Shown: one piece after another, positions 15,211 through 20,308 of the stretch | Numbering within the stretch: position 1 is the first letter of the stretch | How the letters are laid out: the number at the start of each line of letters is the position of its first letter | DNA from: Promethearchaeota archaeon | GTDB lineage: Archaea; Asgardarchaeota; Lokiarchaeia; Sigyniarchaeales; SOKP01 | Assembly: GCA_013375485.1 (NCBI GenBank) | Contig: JABXKB010000043.1 | Coordinates: forward strand, 1 to 20,308 | Length of the DNA stretch: 20,308 nt | Direction of reading: 5' to 3' | Notes under the pieces: generated by a model | Told to the model about the DNA's origin: nothing | What the model saw: only the letters and a program-made list of their open reading frames with translations | The model's database searches: none | Made by a program: the position numbers and the translations under genes

Positions 15211-15492
15211 TTACCTTTCAGTATTATTTTTCTGTTTCCAATTTACTTTATTCATTGATAGAGGATTTAGCATTATAGCGCCTGGATATGGGCATTCCAT
15301 TACACAACATCCACAATACCAACATTCTCCAGAGTAAGCTACGATTGGAGGTTTATGTTTCACTGGATTCGGGATGAATATGTCTACTTGACATATTTCT
15401 ACACATTTATTACAACCTGAACATAGCTCAGGGTTAAATTTTATTGGATTTGAGATCCCTTGTTCTGGAATTACAAAAACTTTTTCATTCAT
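15211..15492 (-). CDS. 2x[4Fe-4S] ferredoxin-type protein (AprB-like small subunit)
   Basis: Two cluster motifs are present: CSGCNKCVEIC and CWYCGCCVMECP. The ATG overlaps the upstream flavoprotein stop (TGATG), implying translational coupling. Confidence 0.8.
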   Translation of the reverse strand: MNEKVFVIPEQGISNPIKFNPELCSGCNKCVEICQVDIFIPNPVKHKPPIVAYSGECWYCGCCVMECPYPGAIMLNPLSMNKVNWKQKNNTER

Positions 15493-17447
15493 CAGTTAAT
15501 CCCCCCTTTTATGTATTCTTCATTATGGGTTGCATAATTTTCTGTAAGAGATCCATAATAATCAATGGGTAGTTCTCCAATCTTTACTTTATTATTCTCA
15601 AGTTTTACAGTGATGAATTTGTGCCATTCAGGTGGATCCATTTCAGGGTAATCTGATTGAATAAAATGCAAATGCTTTGAGCTTGCTTTTCTTGCTAAAC
15701 AAGAATGTATGATCATTTTTGCATTAGTAAGGATATTCAAAACCTCTAAAGAGCGAATCAATTCATGGGGATTTCGAGCATATAATTTTAAAGCCTCATC
15801 GCGTTCCATATCTTCTAATAATTTTAAACCTAATTTCAAGAGTTCATCACTTTTTATCTCACCGCAATAATTTTGCATTATTCTTGTAATATACATGTTA
15901 AATTCCTTCCACCCTATTCCATCATCGCTCTGATTTATAATGGAATAGATACGATTTTTTTCAGATTTAACTTGTTGAAAATCTACTCTTGGTTCAGAAC
16001 TTCTCATGGCATAATCAGCAGCATGTCTTCCAGCATAATATCCTGTTGCAGCAGCATGTCCAACACAATCTGAGGCAAATAATTGATCACCCGCAGCGTA
16101 AAGGCCTACAAGATTTGTCTTCAGATCCCAGTCATTTAATATCCCTCCTGGGACTCCAAAGAGTTGTCGCTCTCTTGGGAGGAATGAGGCTGAAGTCCAT
16201 CCTTCTCCATAACTTTGGAGTAAGTGTTTTTCAGGATCAAATCCAGCTTTAGTATAAGTTTGTAATATAGGAATTTTTGACTTTCCCTCTTGACCTACCA
16301 TTAAACCCCATATGGCTTTTCGCTCATATTTGGGCATACTTGGTAAATCAGCATAAAAAGGTAGTTTAAATCCTTTCTTTAAAAGAATTTCAACTGGGAG
16401 AATATCTGGTCCTTGATATTCATATAAATGGAAATCAGATTCTCCTCCTCCTTTTAGGAAGAATTTTTGTCCTGATGCTGGGCGATAACGTTGAAAAATA
16501 CTCTTGAGAATATTACCATCTCTATCAATCCACGGAATTTCTTTACCATTTGCATCAACCAATGAGCACGCATACCAAGTATTATGGGTATTACCAGTCC
16601 CATAAGGAGGATAACTACGCTCACCCGACCATTGTCCTCTAATAGATCTTTCCATCAGAGTAAATTCAACACCAGCTTTCCAACCCATTGCATGACCATC
16701 CCCCATACACTGAGGTGGTCGGAATTCAGAGATTCCAGGTAAACCGGGAGAGAAAAGCCAAACCCGAGTTGGCCGAGACATACAAAGTATGGTAGCTTTG
16801 GCTTTAAACACAATAAATTGACCTGTTCGCCCATTTACCCCTGTAGCACCAACAATTCTAGTTCCTTGCTTACCTGCTTCTGTTAATAAGCTTGTAGCCA
16901 TTATCCTATCATAAATATCTACACCTAAGCGTTTACATTCTTTATAAAGGGCAGGCTTAAAAGTGGTTCCCCATACTCTCAAGGTGAATTTATTTTCATA
17001 ATCATAAGCGAATAAAAATTTCGTTTTTTCATCTCTAAATTTAGCTCCTTTGAACTCATCTTCTGTGTCTCTGATCTTTCCTCCCATTTTTTCTAGGTCT
17101 AAAAGCCTATCATATCCCTCTTTACACTCGATATAATGCGAAATTCCATTATTATAGCCATCATGATCTTTAATCATTGCTAGTGTGAGTTCTTCAGGGG
17201 TAATATGTGAGCAGGGATTAGTAGCCGCTGATTCCCAATGGTCGCAACCTGATCCCCCAGCTCCACTTCTGATTGTTGCCCCTTTTTCGACTAGTGCTAC
17301 TTTTACTCCTTTTTTGGCTACTGCTACTGCAGCCCAGGAACCTGCTATTCCTCCCCCTAATACTAAAACGTCAGTACTTATTTCATTCTTTAAATGCCAT
17401 TTCACAGGATACGGCCATTCAAGTTTATTATAAAACTGTTGTCCCAC
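15492..17447 (-). CDS. FAD-dependent oxidoreductase, AprA / fumarate-reductase flavoprotein superfamily (AprA-like large subunit)
   Basis: GTG start. It has an N-terminal Rossmann FAD motif (DVLVLGGGIAGSWAAVAVAKKG.KVALVEK) and a distal FAD motif (GLYAAGD). At 651 aa, with an adjacent small di-cluster ferredoxin, it resembles the AprAB architecture. Confidence 0.7.
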   Translation of the reverse strand: MGQQFYNKLEWPYPVKWHLKNEISTDVLVLGGGIAGSWAAVAVAKKGVKVALVEKGATIRSGAGGSGCDHWESAATNPCSHITPEELTLAMIKDHDGYNNGISHYIECKEGYDRLLDLEKMGGKIRDTEDEFKGAKFRDEKTKFLFAYDYENKFTLRVWGTTFKPALYKECKRLGVDIYDRIMATSLLTEAGKQGTRIVGATGVNGRTGQFIVFKAKATILCMSRPTRVWLFSPGLPGISEFRPPQCMGDGHAMGWKAGVEFTLMERSIRGQWSGERSYPPYGTGNTHNTWYACSLVDANGKEIPWIDRDGNILKSIFQRYRPASGQKFFLKGGGESDFHLYEYQGPDILPVEILLKKGFKLPFYADLPSMPKYERKAIWGLMVGQEGKSKIPILQTYTKAGFDPEKHLLQSYGEGWTSASFLPRERQLFGVPGGILNDWDLKTNLVGLYAAGDQLFASDCVGHAAATGYYAGRHAADYAMRSSEPRVDFQQVKSEKNRIYSIINQSDDGIGWKEFNMYITRIMQNYCGEIKSDELLKLGLKLLEDMERDEALKLYARNPHELIRSLEVLNILTNAKMIIHSCLARKASSKHLHFIQSDYPEMDPPEWHKFITVKLENNKVKIGELPIDYYGSLTENYATHNEEYIKGGIN

Positions 17448-17468
17448 CTCTTAATTCATCTCACTTCA

Positions 17469-18278
17469 TTAATTTTTAACAATTGTTCCTCCCGCTTTTT
17501 TTATCGCTTTTTTCTCAAATGAAGTTTGGAATCCTGGTGTATAATTCATATATTTCGGTATTGGATATCTCAAACCTGCTTTATGGGTTGATTCTAATCC
17601 TTCTATAACAGAGTCCAGTTTACTTTTTGGAATTGAAAACATAACTTCTGTATCTTCTGCTCCTCCCCAAACGCGATCACCATTTCCTAAAATTACTAAC
17701 TGAGGTTCATCAGTTTGAATAGTTTTAATTATTCCTTCATGACAAGATCCTACTCTTCCTGCAGACGTGAAATCAAGAACTCCACCTTTAATATAAAGAT
17801 AGGCTTGGATTAATCTCGTTGCTTGTGCAGGATTACAATAAATTTGAACAACATCGGGTTCAATTTTTGTTCTTGTGAGGGGTGAAATAACAAGACCAAG
17901 ACATTTTTCTTTGAGGATATATAAGTGTTCTTGAAGTTTTTTTGCGGTTTCAAGGTTTTTTGAATAAAGTCCAATGCTAAACTGATTAGCAAAGTTTATT
18001 GCTTCTTCTGACATTGGATCCCAACCATATATACCTCTGGCCAATTTACAAGCACAATCTTCTTCTGTAATGATCATTGTCCAGCCATAGCTTCGAACCA
18101 TCTTAAAGGTTTGACATACAAAAGTTTGAACATTTAAATCAGATTTTGGTCTTTTAAAATTAGAGAGAATTTCTGATTTATCTTTTACGAGTTTAATAGC
18201 AATGGGAAATGATGCTGGTCGCAAAAGTTCCTCAAATTTTTTACCATAATGCTGGTATTTTTCTAAATTCACACTCAT
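17469..18278 (-). CDS. DUF169 (COG2043) family protein
   Basis: 269 aa. The N-terminus ...LLRPASFPIAIKLVKD... and the later CQTFKMVRSYGWTM, ACKLARGIYG and SAGRVGSCHEG stretches fit my recollection of DUF169. It ends 21 nt upstream of the flavoprotein start, on the same strand. Confidence 0.5.
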   Translation of the reverse strand: MSVNLEKYQHYGKKFEELLRPASFPIAIKLVKDKSEILSNFKRPKSDLNVQTFVCQTFKMVRSYGWTMIITEEDCACKLARGIYGWDPMSEEAINFANQFSIGLYSKNLETAKKLQEHLYILKEKCLGLVISPLTRTKIEPDVVQIYCNPAQATRLIQAYLYIKGGVLDFTSAGRVGSCHEGIIKTIQTDEPQLVILGNGDRVWGGAEDTEVMFSIPKSKLDSVIEGLESTHKAGLRYPIPKYMNYTPGFQTSFEKKAIKKAGGTIVKN

Positions 18279-18408
18279 TTTTCTTATATGTTAGCGTTTT
18301 TTATTAATATTTAATTTCAATAAGATTCGATTAATGGAATATTTGTTCAATTAAAAATTAGTCTGAACCTAAAAGGTTTTTTATGGCTAAATCTTAAATT
18401 AAATTGTT

Positions 18409-19974
18409 ATGGAACAATTCAATAAAGAAAAAATTTCAGCTGAAGATGTTGCGATTGAAGATAATAATGCCCAATGGTTAGGTATTCCTTTAATTCATTT
18501 AATGGAATGTGCGGGATATTGTATCGCTGATGAAATTACAAAAAGATATAACATAAAGAAAGAATCTACAGTTGCTATTTTTTGTGGGACTGGGAATAAT
18601 GGTGGAGATGGATTTGTAGTTGCTAGACAGTTAGCGGCGTTTAACATCAAATCATTAGTTATTCTTGTTGGCACTCCAGAAAAAATAAGGACCCAGGCTT
18701 CTTTGTTTAACTGGAAATTAATAACAAACCATATAAATTATATGGTTAAGAATGTAATTATTCGGGATTCTACTGAAATTGAGAAGATAGAATTGCTCAA
18801 TAGAAATACGCATAAAATAGGATTAATTATAGATGGATTGTTAGGAACAGGAATCGTTGGGGAAATAAGAGAACCAATTTCTACTGCTATTGATGTGATA
18901 AATAAACTAAGAGAAAAGGAGAATATAAAAGTTGTGTCGATAGATTTACCTTCAGGGATGAATCCAAATACAGGAGAAATACTTCATAAAGCTGTGAAGG
19001 CGGATTTAGTTATAGTCCTCCATCGAATTAAAAAAGGATTAGATATTGAAAGCGATTATATAAGAGAGATCGTAGTACGATCTATTGGAATTCCTTATGA
19101 GGCGAGTCTCTTTATAGGAAAAGGTGATTTGATTCCTACCCTAAAAGTTAGAAATGTGGATAATCATAAAGGACAATTTGGCCGAATACTTGTCATTGGA
19201 GGTTCTAAAAATTACTCTGGAGCACCTGCATATTCCTCTTTAACAGGTATTAACTTTGGAATAGACTTAGTTATAACATATGTTCCAGAGGTAATTGGAG
19301 ATGTTGTGCGATATTATTCACCAAACATGATCGTAAGGACATATCCCGGTAATTGGTTAAATATGGATTCATTTAATGAGATATCAAAATTAATTGAATG
19401 GTCAAATGCAATAGTTATTGGTCCTGGCTTAGGACAGCAAAAAGAAACAGAAGACCTATTAATAAAACTTTTAGAGAAAATGAATAATGAAAATAAAAAT
19501 TATATTCTTGATGCTGATGCTTTAAAATTAGTTAAAAATAATCTAGATTTATTAAAAAACAGGAACGTGATTTTGACACCCCATGAAGGAGAATTGAAAA
19601 TAATGACTGGTATTGAATTACCCGAATACGATAAAATTGAAGATAGAAGTAAAGTGGTTTTAAAATTAGCTCGGGATCTTGACGTAACTTTACTCATCAA
19701 GGGTTCCTATGATTATATCAGTAATGGAAAGAATTTAAAAATCAATCGTACAGGATGTCCAGAGATGTCTATAGGTGGTACAGGTGACATATTAGCTGGA
19801 CTATGTGCATGTTTTTTAGCAACAGAGAATAGTTCTTTCAAGTCAGCATGCTCTGCTGCTTTTGTTAATGGTATATTAGGCGAATATTGCAAAAGTAATA
19901 TTGGAAGTCGTTTTACTGCATTGGATATGGTCAATAATATTAATAATGCGATAAAAAGCGTTCTTAGTTTTTAA
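18409..19974 (+). CDS. nnr: Bifunctional NAD(P)H-hydrate repair enzyme (epimerase / ADP-dependent dehydratase)
   Basis: The N-terminal YjeF_N domain has CGTGNNGGDGFVVAR. The C-terminal carbohydrate-kinase-like domain has HKGQFGRILVIGGS...GPGLG...TPHEGE...GGTGDILAG. At 521 aa the length is typical of the fusion. Confidence 0.9.
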   Translation: MEQFNKEKISAEDVAIEDNNAQWLGIPLIHLMECAGYCIADEITKRYNIKKESTVAIFCGTGNNGGDGFVVARQLAAFNIKSLVILVGTPEKIRTQASLFNWKLITNHINYMVKNVIIRDSTEIEKIELLNRNTHKIGLIIDGLLGTGIVGEIREPISTAIDVINKLREKENIKVVSIDLPSGMNPNTGEILHKAVKADLVIVLHRIKKGLDIESDYIREIVVRSIGIPYEASLFIGKGDLIPTLKVRNVDNHKGQFGRILVIGGSKNYSGAPAYSSLTGINFGIDLVITYVPEVIGDVVRYYSPNMIVRTYPGNWLNMDSFNEISKLIEWSNAIVIGPGLGQQKETEDLLIKLLEKMNNENKNYILDADALKLVKNNLDLLKNRNVILTPHEGELKIMTGIELPEYDKIEDRSKVVLKLARDLDVTLLIKGSYDYISNGKNLKINRTGCPEMSIGGTGDILAGLCACFLATENSSFKSACSAAFVNGILGEYCKSNIGSRFTALDMVNNINNAIKSVLSF

Positions 19975-20146
19975 TATTTTACAAAACAATAACTGTCTAT
20001 AAAGAGATGTCAGAACAAGAATAAATTACAAAATAAAGATTTATTAATTTTTAATATTATTATATTATTAACTTAGTTATTGTGAAAACTTAAGTTGAGG
20101 TTTCAGATTTTAATTTATACTAAATTTCAACAAAATAAAAAAGAGA

Positions 20147-20308
20147 TTGATTAAAATTCCACAAGTATTTCTTATTAACCCAGATGGAACAACCACAGAG
20201 CTAACAAGTGAAGGTCCAATTAAGAATGTTTTAAAAACAGATGAATGTTATGTTCTTGTTGCAGATGATGTAAGAAAAGTATTTTTATGGAAAGGAGTAA
20301 AAAGTAGC
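20147..20308 (+). CDS. Gelsolin-like domain protein, 3'-truncated by the window edge
   Basis: This ORF is not in the supplied track. The frame is open from 20114 to the window end, and the only plausible start is TTG 20147, about 25-30 nt downstream of the TATA-like TTTTAATTTATAC. The translation (L/M)IKIPQVFLINPDGTTTELTSEGPIKNVLKTDECYVLVADDVRKVFLWKGVKSS fits the gelsolin-repeat pattern (compare human G1 LQIWRVEKFDLVPV...FFTGDAYVIL...LHYWLGNECS). Confidence 0.45.
   Translation, partial: MIKIPQVFLINPDGTTTELTSEGPIKNVLKTDECYVLVADDVRKVFLWKGVKSS

Noticed and set aside
15211-17447. Calling the flavoprotein and ferredoxin pair aprAB (dissimilatory adenylylsulfate reductase)
   Set aside because: Only the architecture is similar. 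No sat, qmo or dsr context is present, and the ferredoxin seems too short for AprB. I cannot verify the APS-binding residues without an alignment, so the generic AprA-like label is kept.
14403-17992. ORFs 14403..14651 (+), 15873..16073 (+), 15989..16252 (+), 17185..17433 (+), 17273..17479 (+) and 17810..17992 (-)
   Set aside because: All are embedded in, or overlap, the aminopeptidase, flavoprotein or DUF169 genes: five run antisense and 17810..17992 is an out-of-frame same-strand ORF. Those genes carry clear family motifs, whereas these ORFs have none.
19500-19934. Minus-strand ORFs 19500..19700 and 19713..19934
   Set aside because: They are antisense to the C-terminal kinase-like domain of Nnr, which is confidently identified.

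Overview
Strongly AT-rich, gene-dense chromosomal segment that is almost certainly archaeal. Two tandem tRNA genes both carry introns, oligo-T tracts follow genes, and many ORFs open with GTG or TTG. A gelsolin-like domain ORF running off the 3' edge makes an Asgard (Lokiarchaeia-like) origin plausible, though this is not proven. I support about 24 protein-coding genes plus 2 tRNAs. In order they are: a 5'-truncated MFS transporter; an ATC-hydrolase-like protein; a DJ-1/PfpI protein; a hypothetical protein with a ribbon-helix-helix-like N-terminus; a co-directional membrane cluster (zinc-ribbon membrane protein, NfeD-like membrane protein with a 79-aa strictly alternating Asp-X repeat, a small tail-anchored protein, and an SPFH/flotillin); a degenerate copy of the flotillin C-terminus; a beta-carbonic anhydrase with a long C-terminal extension; a small zinc-ribbon protein; a minus-strand MarR-headed redox/detox cluster (alpha/beta hydrolase, two tandem PNPOx-like paralogs, DUF3795, flavin reductase); a tail-anchored coiled-coil protein isolated between two ~650 bp non-coding stretches; tRNA-Thr(GGU) with a T-loop intron and tRNA-Met/Ile2(CAU) with an anticodon-loop intron; an M29-type aminopeptidase; a DUF169 / AprA-like flavoprotein / 2x[4Fe-4S] ferredoxin operon; the NAD(P)HX repair enzyme Nnr; and the partial gelsolin-like ORF. 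No CRISPR array, integrase, transposase or recognisable defence gene is visible. The most unusual items are the Asp-X repeat inside the NfeD/flotillin operon, the orphan AprAB-like/DUF169 trio, the T-loop tRNA intron and the gelsolin-like gene. All family calls rest on motif recognition by eye, since no database search was possible.
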